From Synechococcus sp. UW140 (lineage in GTDB: Bacteria; Pseudomonadota; Gammaproteobacteria; Burkholderiales; Burkholderiaceae_C), in contig CALRUK020000021.1 of assembly GCA_943371335.1 (NCBI GenBank), positions 4,909-68,908 on the forward strand: a stretch of 64,000 nucleotides of DNA, read 5' to 3'. The translations under genes were made by a program, and so were the position numbers. Of this stretch, positions 45,823-55,213 are shown piece by piece. The notes below the pieces were generated by a model. That model was not told where the DNA came from, made no database searches, and worked only from the letters and a program-made list of their open reading frames with translations. Position 1 is the first letter of the stretch. Each line of letters opens with the position of its first letter.

Positions 45823-47595
45823 ATGGCAAAGCTGATTCTGGGGCCCGTTCTTTCTTACCGTGGGGGCGGCGCCGATGGCGCGTGGCGGGTGAGCGCGCTC
45901 GTTGGCGTGGACGACAAAACAGGCGTTCCATCGCTGAACCTGGATGGTCGGGCGGTCAAGCCGCCGGTGTTGCTGCTGCAATACGGCGGGCGAAGCTACT
46001 TCCGCTATGACCTGACCTGCAAGCAGGGCCAGGAAGAGCGCCGCGTGGACTACCACCTGGAGGGGATCGACGGCCAATGGAGCTTTACCGTGCCCGGCAA
46101 GGGCCATGCGCCGCGCATGGCCTATGTGTCTTGCAACGGCTTTTCGGACCCCAGTGGCATTCGCAAACTCATCCGCGCCGAGAACGCGGTGTGGGAAGAC
46201 CTGCTGTGCAACCACGACAGGACGGTCCGCCCGCCAGGGTACGAGCTCGACAAGGAACAGCTCTGGCATGAGGCACGCACACACGACAAAGGCCGGCAGC
46301 GCTTCCATCTGCTGCTGATGGGGGGCGACCAGATCTACTTCGACTCGATCTGGGAAGACCTCAAGGAACTCAAAGGCTGGATCGGTCTGCCCAGGGATGA
46401 GCAGTTGGTTTTTCCAGTGAGCGCTGCGCTCGACAGGAAGATCGAGGCTTACTACATGCAGCTCTACAGCTCGCGCTGGCTGCCGGCTGAGCGGCACGCG
46501 TGGGGCAGCCATGACCCCACGCTGGACGCGGCGCTGGCGATGGCCAGCATGCCCACGGTGATGATGTGGGACGACCACGACATCTTTGACGGCTGGGGCT
46601 CCTACAGCGTGGAGATGCAGCGCAGTCCGCTCTTTCAGCGGCTGTTCCACCACGCGCGCAAGGCGTTCTGGGTGTTTCAGATGCAGCATGCGGTGGGGCT
46701 TCTGCCGGAGCTCACCCACCGCAGCGACATCCGCGTGCGATCCAACGATCCCCTGTTCGAACCCATCGCCTGGAAGCAAGTGCTCAAGCCCGACAAGCTC
46801 GCCTTGCCGTTGCTCGATCAGCAGCCCGGGTTTTCGTTCGTGCACGCGCTGGGGCCGCTGCAGCTGGTGGTGGCCGACCTGCGCACCGAGCGCTCACACG
46901 AGCAGGTGCTCGGCCCCGAAACCTGGCGCGCGCTGCAGGGCAGCCTGGGTGCCCTGCCTGGCAGCGAAGCGGCTGCCTCCGCGTGTCAGCACCTGTTGTT
47001 CATGTCATCGGTGCCGGTGGTGCACCCGAAGTTGTCGTTGGCCGAGGCGTTCATGGACGGCTTTGGCTCTGACCATGTGCTGGACAGCAGCGCCGACGAC
47101 CTGAAAGACCACTGGACCAACGATGACCACGAAGGCGAGCGCAAGCGCCTGATCGAAACCCTGCTGAAAACCGCCCGGGACAAACGGCTGCGCGTCTCCA
47201 TCCTGTCGGGCGACGTGCACGTGGCGGCCTGGGGCACCGCGTACCGAAGCGATGTGGGGCCGCAGGACAACTGGGCGCAGATTCAGCAGTTCACCTCGAC
47301 GGCCGTGGTGCACCCGTCGCTGGTATCGGTGACCGAGCGCCTGTTCTTTCATGTGCTCAACGCGGTGGCCAAGTCCAGGCAGGCACTGGATGTCAACCTG
47401 ACGGCAGAAATGATGCTGTTTCCCGGATCGAACCGCTACGTGCTGGCGGCCCGAAACTGGTTGGCGCTGGAGCTGGACACCCCGGGCGGCACTGCAGGCG
47501 GGGCGAAGTTGTGGACCACGTGGCGGTGCGAGACCAAAGGCGCATTCACCAACCATTTGCTGGCCACCGAGCCGGTCAGCACGCGACCGGCCTGA
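45823..47595 (+). CDS. PhoD-like metallophosphoesterase without an evident signal peptide (590 aa)
   Basis: RMAYVSCNGFS, MGGDQIYFD, MWDDHDIFDGWGS, DLRTER, LSGDVH. Confidence 0.85.
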   Translation: MAKLILGPVLSYRGGGADGAWRVSALVGVDDKTGVPSLNLDGRAVKPPVLLLQYGGRSYFRYDLTCKQGQEERRVDYHLEGIDGQWSFTVPGKGHAPRMAYVSCNGFSDPSGIRKLIRAENAVWEDLLCNHDRTVRPPGYELDKEQLWHEARTHDKGRQRFHLLLMGGDQIYFDSIWEDLKELKGWIGLPRDEQLVFPVSAALDRKIEAYYMQLYSSRWLPAERHAWGSHDPTLDAALAMASMPTVMMWDDHDIFDGWGSYSVEMQRSPLFQRLFHHARKAFWVFQMQHAVGLLPELTHRSDIRVRSNDPLFEPIAWKQVLKPDKLALPLLDQQPGFSFVHALGPLQLVVADLRTERSHEQVLGPETWRALQGSLGALPGSEAAASACQHLLFMSSVPVVHPKLSLAEAFMDGFGSDHVLDSSADDLKDHWTNDDHEGERKRLIETLLKTARDKRLRVSILSGDVHVAAWGTAYRSDVGPQDNWAQIQQFTSTAVVHPSLVSVTERLFFHVLNAVAKSRQALDVNLTAEMMLFPGSNRYVLAARNWLALELDTPGGTAGGAKLWTTWRCETKGAFTNHLLATEPVSTRPA

Positions 47596-47709
47596 GCCCG
47601 GCACAATGACGCCTTCGCGGTGTGGCGTGGATGACGGCCACCCACCCACCGCCCCGCTTGCTACCTCACTCGCTGCCTCGATACCGCGCCAACAGCCGCC
47701 CCGTTCCCA

Positions 47710-49305
47710 GTGACCCACCCCTCCAGCGACGACAGTCTCTCGCCCATCGCGCCCTTGCGCCGGCCCGTGTTCCGCATGCTGTGGACGACGTGGCTCATGG
47801 CCAACGTGTGCATGTGGATGAGCGAGGTGGCGGCTGCCTGGATGATGACGTCGCTCACGACCAAGCCCCTTTGGGTGGCGCTGGTGCAGACGGCCGCGAC
47901 GCTGCCCGTGTTTCTGCTGGGCCTGCCCAGCGGCGCGCTGGCCGACAACCTGGACCGCAAGCGCTACTTCCTGTTCACCCAGCTTTGGGTGGCGTCGGTG
48001 GCCACGCTGTTGAGCGTGGTCATCTTCCTGGACGTGATGTCACCGCCCCTGCTGCTGGTGCTGGTGTTTGCCAACGGCATTGGCATGGCGATGCGCTGGC
48101 CGGTGTTCTCGGCCATCGTGCCCGAGCTCGTGCCGCGCACCCAGTTGCCGGCGGCGCTGGCGCTCAATGGCGTGTCGATGAACGCTTCGCGCATCATCGG
48201 GCCGCTGGTGGCGGGCGCGCTCATTGCCAGCGCGGGCAGCGCGTGGGTGTTCGTGCTCAATGCCGTGCTGTCGGTGGGGGCTGCGATCATCATCAGCCGC
48301 TGGAAGCGCGAGCACATTCCGAACCCGCTGGGCCGCGAGCGGCTGGGTTCTGCCATGCGCGTGGGCTTGCAGTATGTGAAGCAGTCGTACCTGCTCAAGG
48401 GTGTGCTGCTGCGCATTTCCATCTTCTTCTTCCACTCCACGGCGCTGATGGCCTTGCTGGCCCTGGTGGCGCGCGGCATGCAGGACGGCGGCGCGGGCAC
48501 GTTCACCGTGTTGCTGGCCTCGATGGGGGCGGGTGCCATCGCCTCCACCGCGTTTCTGCCGCGCCTGCGCCGCCGTTATGCGCGCGACGGCCTGGTGTTG
48601 CGCGGCGCCGCCGTGCAGGCGCTGGCCATGGCGGTGATGGCCGTGACCCACCAGCTGTGGATCGCGGTGCCCGCCATGTTCCTCGGGGGCGCCGCCTGGA
48701 TCACGGTGGCCAACACGCTGAGCGTCTCCATCCAGATGGGCCTGCCCGACTGGGTGCGCGCACGCGGCATGTCGATTTATCAGATGTCCATCATGGGCGG
48801 CAGCGCGGCGGGTGCCGCCATCTGGGGCCAGGTGGCCACCTGGACCAGCGTGCCGGTCTGCCTGGGGATCGCGGCGGTCAGCGGCATCACCGCCATGGCC
48901 GCGGTGAACCGCTGGATGCCCGATGCCGGGCTGGAAGACGACCTCACGCCCAAGCGCATCTTCCCCGCTCCGTCGATTCCCGAGCCCCCCAAACACGGCC
49001 ACGTGATGGTGCAGATCGAGTACCGCGTCGACCCGGCGCGGGCCGAAGAATTCCGCTTCCTCATGCTCAACGAAAGCCGGCGCAGCCGCCTGCGGCACGG
49101 CGCGCTGTCATGGGAGTTGCTGCACGACATCAACGAGCCCGGCCGCTTTGTGGAGGTGATCGTCGACGAATCGTGGACGGACCACCTGCGCCGCTTCGAC
49201 CGCGTCACGGCGGCCGACGTGACGCTGCGCGACCGCAAGCTGGCGTTTCACGTCGGCAGCGAACCACCGCGCGTGAGCCGCAGCCTGATGGAAACCACCG
49301 TCTAG
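47710..49305 (+). CDS. MFS transporter (MFS_3/DUF894 type) with C-terminal soluble domain
   Basis: About 12 hydrophobic segments, GALADNLDRKR, RARGMSIY, C-terminal IEYRVDP...WTDHLRRFDR. Confidence 0.85.
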   Translation: MTHPSSDDSLSPIAPLRRPVFRMLWTTWLMANVCMWMSEVAAAWMMTSLTTKPLWVALVQTAATLPVFLLGLPSGALADNLDRKRYFLFTQLWVASVATLLSVVIFLDVMSPPLLLVLVFANGIGMAMRWPVFSAIVPELVPRTQLPAALALNGVSMNASRIIGPLVAGALIASAGSAWVFVLNAVLSVGAAIIISRWKREHIPNPLGRERLGSAMRVGLQYVKQSYLLKGVLLRISIFFFHSTALMALLALVARGMQDGGAGTFTVLLASMGAGAIASTAFLPRLRRRYARDGLVLRGAAVQALAMAVMAVTHQLWIAVPAMFLGGAAWITVANTLSVSIQMGLPDWVRARGMSIYQMSIMGGSAAGAAIWGQVATWTSVPVCLGIAAVSGITAMAAVNRWMPDAGLEDDLTPKRIFPAPSIPEPPKHGHVMVQIEYRVDPARAEEFRFLMLNESRRSRLRHGALSWELLHDINEPGRFVEVIVDESWTDHLRRFDRVTAADVTLRDRKLAFHVGSEPPRVSRSLMETTV

Positions 49306-49326
49306 CGTGCGGCGGCGGCGCCGTCG

Positions 49327-50088
49327 TCAGCCGAGCTGTGCGGGGTCAGCGCCGGCCTGCAGCGACAGCTCGCTCGCCGCCTCTTTCAGCCACTGTGCAA
49401 TGCGCTTGACCTGCGGCGCATCCACCCGCGCGCTGGGGCCGTACACCGCGAGCGACCCCATGACTTTGGACCCCGCCGAAAAGAACGGGGCCGCAATGGC
49501 CACCGCACCCTGGATCAGCTCGTCGCGGCTGATCGCATAGCCCGCTTGCCGGATCCGCGCGAGTTCGTCGAGGTAGTCCTTCTGCCGCGCTTTCGGAATC
49601 TTGCCGTGGATGTAGCGCGAGGCGTCGTCGGCAAACGCCAGGATGGCGCGCCCGCTGGCACCCAGGATCACTTTCTCGCTGTGGCCCACGCCGCGCTTGA
49701 AGCTCAGCGGCTGCGCGCTCGGCATTTCCGCGACGCACACACGCTCTTCGCCATGGTGCACGAGCAGCGCCACGGTTTCGCCGGTCTGCTCCCACAGGCG
49801 CCGCATCATGGGCTGCGACAGCGTGGCCAGGTCGAGCCCTGACGTCCACATGCGCGCCAGGTGGGCCACCGACGGCCCCAGCTGAAAACGCTGCGGCTCA
49901 CCCACCGACACGATGAAGCCGCGCTGCTCCAGGGTGCGCAGCAGGCGGTACAGCGTGGGTCGGCTCAGGTCCACCCGCTTGAGCAGTTCGCTGGCACTCA
50001 GGCGCGGATCGCCGGCGCGAAAGGCCATCAGGATGTCCAGCGCGCGGTCCACCGCCCGCACGCCGTCGTTGTTCTTGTCGGTGCTCAT
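49327..50088 (-). CDS. IclR-family regulator
   Basis: VRAVDRALDIL HTH, TGETVAL, ASGRAILA, IRQAGYA, GAVAIAAP; divergent from the Rieske oxygenase; start approximate. Confidence 0.9.
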   Translation of the reverse strand: MSTDKNNDGVRAVDRALDILMAFRAGDPRLSASELLKRVDLSRPTLYRLLRTLEQRGFIVSVGEPQRFQLGPSVAHLARMWTSGLDLATLSQPMMRRLWEQTGETVALLVHHGEERVCVAEMPSAQPLSFKRGVGHSEKVILGASGRAILAFADDASRYIHGKIPKARQKDYLDELARIRQAGYAISRDELIQGAVAIAAPFFSAGSKVMGSLAVYGPSARVDAPQVKRIAQWLKEAASELSLQAGADPAQLG

Positions 50089-50239
50089 CGTCATCTCTTC
50101 GGGTCGCGAAGCCGGCATTGTATGAAATGCGTCCGTCTGATGGACACATGGCTCATATTCTTTGACGCAGATCAAACCCAGTCTCAAAATGGACAAACGT
50201 CTCATCTGGCGTACAAGTCAAAACCACGGAGTCCCACGA

Positions 50240-51514
50240 GTGAACAAGGAAATGTCAGAAACGCTCACCCGCGTCGGTCCCGGCACGCGCATGGGCAACC
50301 TCATGCGCCGCTACTGGGTGCCCGCGTTGATGTCGAGTGAAATCCCCGAGGCCGATGGGCCGCAGGTGCGCGTGCAGCTGCTGGGCGAGAAGCTGCTCGC
50401 GTTTCGCAACACCGACGGCAAGGCCTGCCTGATCGGTGAGTTCTGTTCGCATCGGGGCGTGTCGCTGTATTTCGGCCGCAACGAGGAAAACGGCATCCGC
50501 TGCGCGTACCACGGCGTGAAATTCGACGGCAACGGCCAGTGCGTGGACGTGCCCTCAGCGCCGCAGGCGTGCGCGCGCATGCACATCAAGGGCTACCCCT
50601 GCGTGGAGCGCGGCGGCATCGTTTGGGCCTACATGGGCCCGGCCGACCAGCAGCCCGCCCCGCCCGAGCTGGAGTGGTGCACGCTGCCGTCCGAGCATGT
50701 GTTTGTCTCCAAGCGCCTGCAGTACAGCAACTGGTTGCAGGCCATGGAAGGCGGCATCGACACCGCGCACGTGTCGTATGTGCACCGCTACGAGGTGGAC
50801 ACCGACCCGATGCACCAGGGCGTGAAGGCGCTGGACTACATCAAGGCCGACGGCAACGTGAAGTTCGAGATCGAGCAGACACCGTTTGGCCTGAGCCTGT
50901 TTGGTCGTCGCAATGGCGAGCCGGACTCTTATTACTGGCGCGTCACGCAGTGGCTGTTTCCGTGGTTCACGCTGATCGCGCCGTTTGGCGACCATGCGCT
51001 GGGCGGCCACGTGTGGGTGCCGATCGACGACCACAGCTGCTGGGCCTGGAGCATCAACTGGCAGCCGGGCCAGCCGCTCACCGCCGAAGAACGCACGGCC
51101 ATGGAAGAGGGCAAGGGCATCCACGTGGAGTACGAGGCCCCGGGCAGCTTTGTGCCGAAGGCCAACCGCGACAACGACTACGGCATGGACCGCCGGGCCC
51201 AGCGCGAGCAGCGCGCGTACAGCGGCGTGTTCGGCTTCTCGGCGCAGGACTATTCGCTGCAGGAGAGCATGGGCACCATCCAGGACCACGAGGCCGAGAA
51301 GCTGCTGCCAACCGACAAGGCCATCGTCATGGCGCGGCGCATGCTGCACGAGGCGGCCGTGGCCCTGGAGCAGGGACAGACGCCACCCGCTCTGGACGCC
51401 AGCGCACAGCACGTGCGGCCCGCCGGCGTGTTGCTGCCCAAGGAACAGGACCCGGTCGCGTGGGCGCGGGAGCACCTGGCCGACGCCACCAAAAAACCGG
51501 TCTTCAGCCTTTGA
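50240..51514 (+). CDS. Rieske non-heme iron oxygenase, phthalate-4,5-dioxygenase-like (424 aa)
   Basis: LTRVGPGTRMGNLMRRYW, CSHR...CAYHG Rieske ligands, EGGIDTAHVSYVH mononuclear Fe site, AQD; GTG start after GGAG. Confidence 0.9.
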   Translation: MNKEMSETLTRVGPGTRMGNLMRRYWVPALMSSEIPEADGPQVRVQLLGEKLLAFRNTDGKACLIGEFCSHRGVSLYFGRNEENGIRCAYHGVKFDGNGQCVDVPSAPQACARMHIKGYPCVERGGIVWAYMGPADQQPAPPELEWCTLPSEHVFVSKRLQYSNWLQAMEGGIDTAHVSYVHRYEVDTDPMHQGVKALDYIKADGNVKFEIEQTPFGLSLFGRRNGEPDSYYWRVTQWLFPWFTLIAPFGDHALGGHVWVPIDDHSCWAWSINWQPGQPLTAEERTAMEEGKGIHVEYEAPGSFVPKANRDNDYGMDRRAQREQRAYSGVFGFSAQDYSLQESMGTIQDHEAEKLLPTDKAIVMARRMLHEAAVALEQGQTPPALDASAQHVRPAGVLLPKEQDPVAWAREHLADATKKPVFSL

Positions 51515-51560
51515 CGGGCTGGCTTTCTCACCCCCACAACAGACCCCACAGGAGACATCC

Positions 51561-52541
51561 ATGACAACCCCCTTCAAGTTCGCAGCGGCCGTGGCACTCG
51601 CGGCCTGCACGGCCACATCGGCCTGGGCGCAAGGCGCGTCCGACTGGCGCCCGAGCAAACCGGTGCGCATCATCGTGCCCATCGTCGGCAGCACCAACGA
51701 CGTGCTCGCCCGACTCATCGGCCCCGAGCTGCAGAAGGCCCTGGGCCAGCCCTTCGTTGTCGAGAACAAGCCGGGGGCCGGGGGCAACATCGGCGCGCTG
51801 GAAGTGGCACGTGCCGCACCCGACGGACACACCCTTCTCATTGGCTACAACGGGCCGCTGGCGATCAACGTCACGCTGTTCGACAAGATGCCCTACGACC
51901 CGATGAAAGAGCTCGCGCCGATCACGCTGGCCGTGAAGTCGCCGCAGTACCTGGTGGTCAACCCGGCGGCCGGCTTCACCGACGTGAAGGACTTCATCGC
52001 CAAGGCCAAGGCTCAGCCCACCAAGTACAGCTACGGCTCTGTGGCCATGGGCAGTGCCTCGCACCTCACCATGGAAATGATGAAGTCGGCGGCCGGCTTC
52101 CACGCCACCCACATTCCTTACCGGGGCGCGGGCCCGGCCGTCACCGACCTCATCGCGGGCAGTGTGCAGGCGGGCTTTTTCGTGCCCGGCAATGTGCAGG
52201 GCTTTGTGAAGGAGGGCCGTCTCAAGCTGCTGGCTTCCACCGGCCCCAAGCGCTTCCCCAGCACACCCGACGTGCCCACGCTGGCCGAGTCGGGTCTGAA
52301 GGACTTCGAGGCCACCTCCTGGATCGGACTGCTCGCGCCGGCCGGCACGCCGCCGGCCATCATCAACCGCTACCACGACGAGATGGTTCGCATCCTCAAC
52401 TCACCCGACATCCAGAAGCGCCTGCACGACATGGAGTTTGAAATCGTGGCCAGCTCACCGAAACAGTTCAGTGACTGGATCGGCACCGAGATCGTGCGCT
52501 GGGGCAAGGTCATCAAGGACACCGGTGCAAAAGCGGAGTGA
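51561..52541 (+). CDS. Bug/TctC tripartite tricarboxylate transporter solute-binding protein
   Basis: Signal peptide, PVRIIVP, VVENKPGAGGNIG, HIPYRGAGPA.TDL, PDVPTLAE. Confidence 0.92.
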   Translation: MTTPFKFAAAVALAACTATSAWAQGASDWRPSKPVRIIVPIVGSTNDVLARLIGPELQKALGQPFVVENKPGAGGNIGALEVARAAPDGHTLLIGYNGPLAINVTLFDKMPYDPMKELAPITLAVKSPQYLVVNPAAGFTDVKDFIAKAKAQPTKYSYGSVAMGSASHLTMEMMKSAAGFHATHIPYRGAGPAVTDLIAGSVQAGFFVPGNVQGFVKEGRLKLLASTGPKRFPSTPDVPTLAESGLKDFEATSWIGLLAPAGTPPAIINRYHDEMVRILNSPDIQKRLHDMEFEIVASSPKQFSDWIGTEIVRWGKVIKDTGAKAE

Positions 52542-52547
52542 GGTGAC

Positions 52548-53339
52548 ATGAGCGAATCCCAACCGGAACGCCGCCTGGCGGGCAAGACCGCGCTGATCAC
52601 GGGTGCCGGCGCCGGCATTGGCGCGGCCGCGGCCCGCCTCTTCTGCCGCGAAGGCGCGGCCGTGTTGCTGGTGGATGCCGACGCGCAGGCGCTGGCGCGC
52701 ACGCAGGCCGCGATCCTGCAGGCGCAGCCCGATGCGCGGCTGGCCAGCGTGAGCGCCGACGTGTCCGACGCCGCTGCGGCCGTGGCCGCGGTTCAGCAGT
52801 GCACCGCACTGTGGGGCGGGCTGGACATCCTCGTCAACAACGCCGCCATGCGCAACTACACCCCCGCTGCGAATGCCACGCCCGCCGAATGGCAGGCCAT
52901 GGTGGGCGTGAACCTGGTGGGCATGTCCAACTACTGCGGCGCAGCCCTGCCGGCGCTGCGGCAGTCGGGTGCCGGTTGCATCGTCAACGTGTCGTCGTGC
53001 TACGCGGTCACCGGCCGCAAGGGCATGGCGCTGTACGACGCCACCAAGGCGGCCCAGCTCGCGTTCACGCGCAGCCTGGCGTTTGAGGAGGCGCCGCACG
53101 GTGTGCGCGCCAACGCGGTCTGCCCGGGCTCCACGCTCACCGACTTCCACGTCGGTCGCGCGCTGGACAAGGGCAAGAGCGTGGAGCAGCTCAAGACCGA
53201 GCGCAAGGACACGTCGCTGATCGGGCGCTGGGCCTCGCCCGAAGAAATCGCCTGGCCCATCCTCTGGATGGCGTCGAGCGAAGCGTCTTTCATCACCGGG
53301 ACCACGCTCATGGTCGACGGCGGGCTGCACATCATGTGA
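52548..53339 (+). CDS. Short-chain dehydrogenase/reductase
   Basis: TGAGAGIG, LVNNAA, NVSS, YDATK, NAVCPG, GTTLMVDGG. Confidence 0.92.
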   Translation: MSESQPERRLAGKTALITGAGAGIGAAAARLFCREGAAVLLVDADAQALARTQAAILQAQPDARLASVSADVSDAAAAVAAVQQCTALWGGLDILVNNAAMRNYTPAANATPAEWQAMVGVNLVGMSNYCGAALPALRQSGAGCIVNVSSCYAVTGRKGMALYDATKAAQLAFTRSLAFEEAPHGVRANAVCPGSTLTDFHVGRALDKGKSVEQLKTERKDTSLIGRWASPEEIAWPILWMASSEASFITGTTLMVDGGLHIM

Positions 53340-53357
53340 GCCCGCAGGCCTGCGCCC

Positions 53358-53795
53358 TCAGCCGGCTTGCGGTGCAGGCTGTGCCGAGGTGGGCAGGCCG
53401 AAGATGCGGTCGAACAGCAGGTTGAACACGAAGGTGTAGACCAGGAAGAACACGATCAGGCCCAGGTCGAGTACGAAGGCCTGCCAGAGCGAGATCTCCA
53501 GCCACCAGGCAAACAGCGGCACCAGCGTCACCACCAGACCGCCTTCAAAACCGATGGCGTGCGCCGCGCGGCGCAGCAGGCTGCGCCCGCGCGTGGCCTG
53601 GCGCGCTTCCCAGCGTTCGAACAAGGTGTTGTAGACCAGGTTCCACACCACGGCGATGGCCGAGGCGGCCACGGCCGCCACGCTGGCGTGGCCCATGTTC
53701 GCGCCCGACAGCAGCGCCAGGCCGGCGGTCGACATGGTGATGGCGATGATTTCGTACAGGGTGATGTAGACGACTTTGCGTTTGATGCCTTGCAT
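53358..53795 (-). CDS. PACE (AceI-family) efflux transporter
   Basis: Two BTP repeats: YITLYEII...WNLVYNTLFE and HAIGFEGGL...YTFVFNLLFD. Confidence 0.9.
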   Translation of the reverse strand: MQGIKRKVVYITLYEIIAITMSTAGLALLSGANMGHASVAAVAASAIAVVWNLVYNTLFERWEARQATRGRSLLRRAAHAIGFEGGLVVTLVPLFAWWLEISLWQAFVLDLGLIVFFLVYTFVFNLLFDRIFGLPTSAQPAPQAG

Positions 53796-53886
53796 GGCAC
53801 GGCTCCAGGGAACGGGGCCCGGCCGGGTTGGCGGGGCGATGGGGGCATCGTATGGCGGTCTGTCTGACGATAAAAGTCAGATAGTT

Positions 53887-53899
53887 TCAGAAATTCTGA
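53887..53899. promoter_or_regulatory. LysR-type T-N11-A palindromic box
   Basis: TCAGA-AAT-TCTGA between the divergent PACE and LysR genes. Confidence 0.55.
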
Positions 53900-53912
53900 T
53901 AAGTTGCGGCCC

Positions 53913-54809
53913 ATGGCCTTTTCCAGCGACAACGTGCGGGTGTTTTTGGCGGTGCTCGACAGCGGCTCGTTTTCGGCCGCCGCGCGCCAGTTGGGCCGCG
54001 TGCCCTCGGCCGTGAGCATGACCATCGCCAACCTGGAGGCCGAGCTCGACCTGACGCTGTTTGACCGCAGCACGCGCGAGCCGCGCCCGACCGACGTGGC
54101 GCGCGCGCTGGAGCCGCAGGCGCGCCAGCTCGCCAGCCAGTTGCGCCAGCTGCAGGCGCACGCCGAAGGCCTGCACCAGGGGCTGGAGCGCCAGCTCACC
54201 ATTGCGATTGCGCCCGAGCTGCTGTCAGCACCCTGGAGCCAACCGCTGGCCGTGCTTGCGTCCGAATACCCGGCGCTCATCGTCGAGGTGCTGTCCGCGC
54301 CGCAGTCCGACGCGCTGCGCATGCTGCACGCGGGCGACGCGCACCTGGCCCTGGTGTTCGAGCGCCCGGGCACCGACGAGCGCGAAGGCTTTCAGGAGCT
54401 GGGGCAGGAAATTCTGGTGGCGGTGATCTCGCCCACGCACCCCGAGGCGCAGGCGCGCCAGGGCGAGCTGCAGCTCAACGACCTGATCGACATCCGCCAG
54501 ATCGCGGTGGTGAGCCGCGACCCGCGTGGGCGCGATCCGCGCCTGCTGGTCTCGCGCCACATCTGGCGCACCGACAGCCACCTGGCCACGCTGAGCCTGG
54601 TGCAGGCCGGGCTGGGTTGGGCTTACCTGCCGCGCAGCCTCATCAAGCCGATGGTGGCCGCCGGCACACTCACCGAAATCCGCTTCGGCAACATCAGCAA
54701 CCAGCTGCGTGTGTGGGTGGACGTGGTGTGGCACACCGACCGCCCGATGGGGTTGGGTGCCAAGCGCTTCATCGAGCTCATGCGCCAGGCCGCCAGCGCA
54801 GCGGGCTGA
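53913..54809 (+). CDS. LysR-family regulator (AceR-like position)
   Basis: VFLAVLDSGSFSAAARQLGRVPSAVSMTIANLE HTH; divergent from the PACE gene. Confidence 0.92.
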   Translation: MAFSSDNVRVFLAVLDSGSFSAAARQLGRVPSAVSMTIANLEAELDLTLFDRSTREPRPTDVARALEPQARQLASQLRQLQAHAEGLHQGLERQLTIAIAPELLSAPWSQPLAVLASEYPALIVEVLSAPQSDALRMLHAGDAHLALVFERPGTDEREGFQELGQEILVAVISPTHPEAQARQGELQLNDLIDIRQIAVVSRDPRGRDPRLLVSRHIWRTDSHLATLSLVQAGLGWAYLPRSLIKPMVAAGTLTEIRFGNISNQLRVWVDVVWHTDRPMGLGAKRFIELMRQAASAAG

Positions 54810-54832
54810 GCCGCGCGGTCAGATGGGCGCGT

Positions 54833-55036
54833 TCAAACCAGCGCGTTCACCTGCGTGCCCAGCGAGCCATCGGCGGCCAGGGGCAGGTCTGCCGGCAGGG
54901 CGTTGAGCATGGCCATGGCGCCAGCGGACTGGATGTCCTGCACCTTCTTCAGCACCTGGATCTGCACGTCGCTGAAGGTCTGATCGCGCTTCATCTCGGC
55001 GACGGCTTGAACGAGGGCGATGGGGGAGACGTCCAT
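54833..55036 (-). CDS. Small protein, YjfB / putative motility protein-like (67 aa)
   Basis: MDVSPIALVQAVAEMKRDQTFSDVQIQVLKKVQDIQSAGAMAMLNALP...GSLGTQVNALV, the 3' end of the 54833-56005 track ORF. Confidence 0.6.
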   Translation of the reverse strand: MDVSPIALVQAVAEMKRDQTFSDVQIQVLKKVQDIQSAGAMAMLNALPADLPLAADGSLGTQVNALV

Positions 55037-55213
55037 GGGGTTGCTCTTCAAAACAGGTTGTCTGGTGTATCGGCCGCTGGCGGATGAACTTGACGCGTCG
55101 CCACCCACGGGCTGCTGAGCAAGACGAGCGGGCATTTGGCGCGACAGCGAACAGACCGAATCCGGCGCGCCCGATGTAATGGCCAGCGTGCCCGGTGGCA
55201 CAAGGAGCGAACC

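Noticed and set aside
45625-47595. Right-hand boundary of a mobile PGC (direct repeat matching the left end)
   Set aside because: No repeat of the 2280-2430 sequence and no mobility gene was noticed near bchI or the phoD-like gene, so the claim that the PGC itself is an integrative element is not supported.
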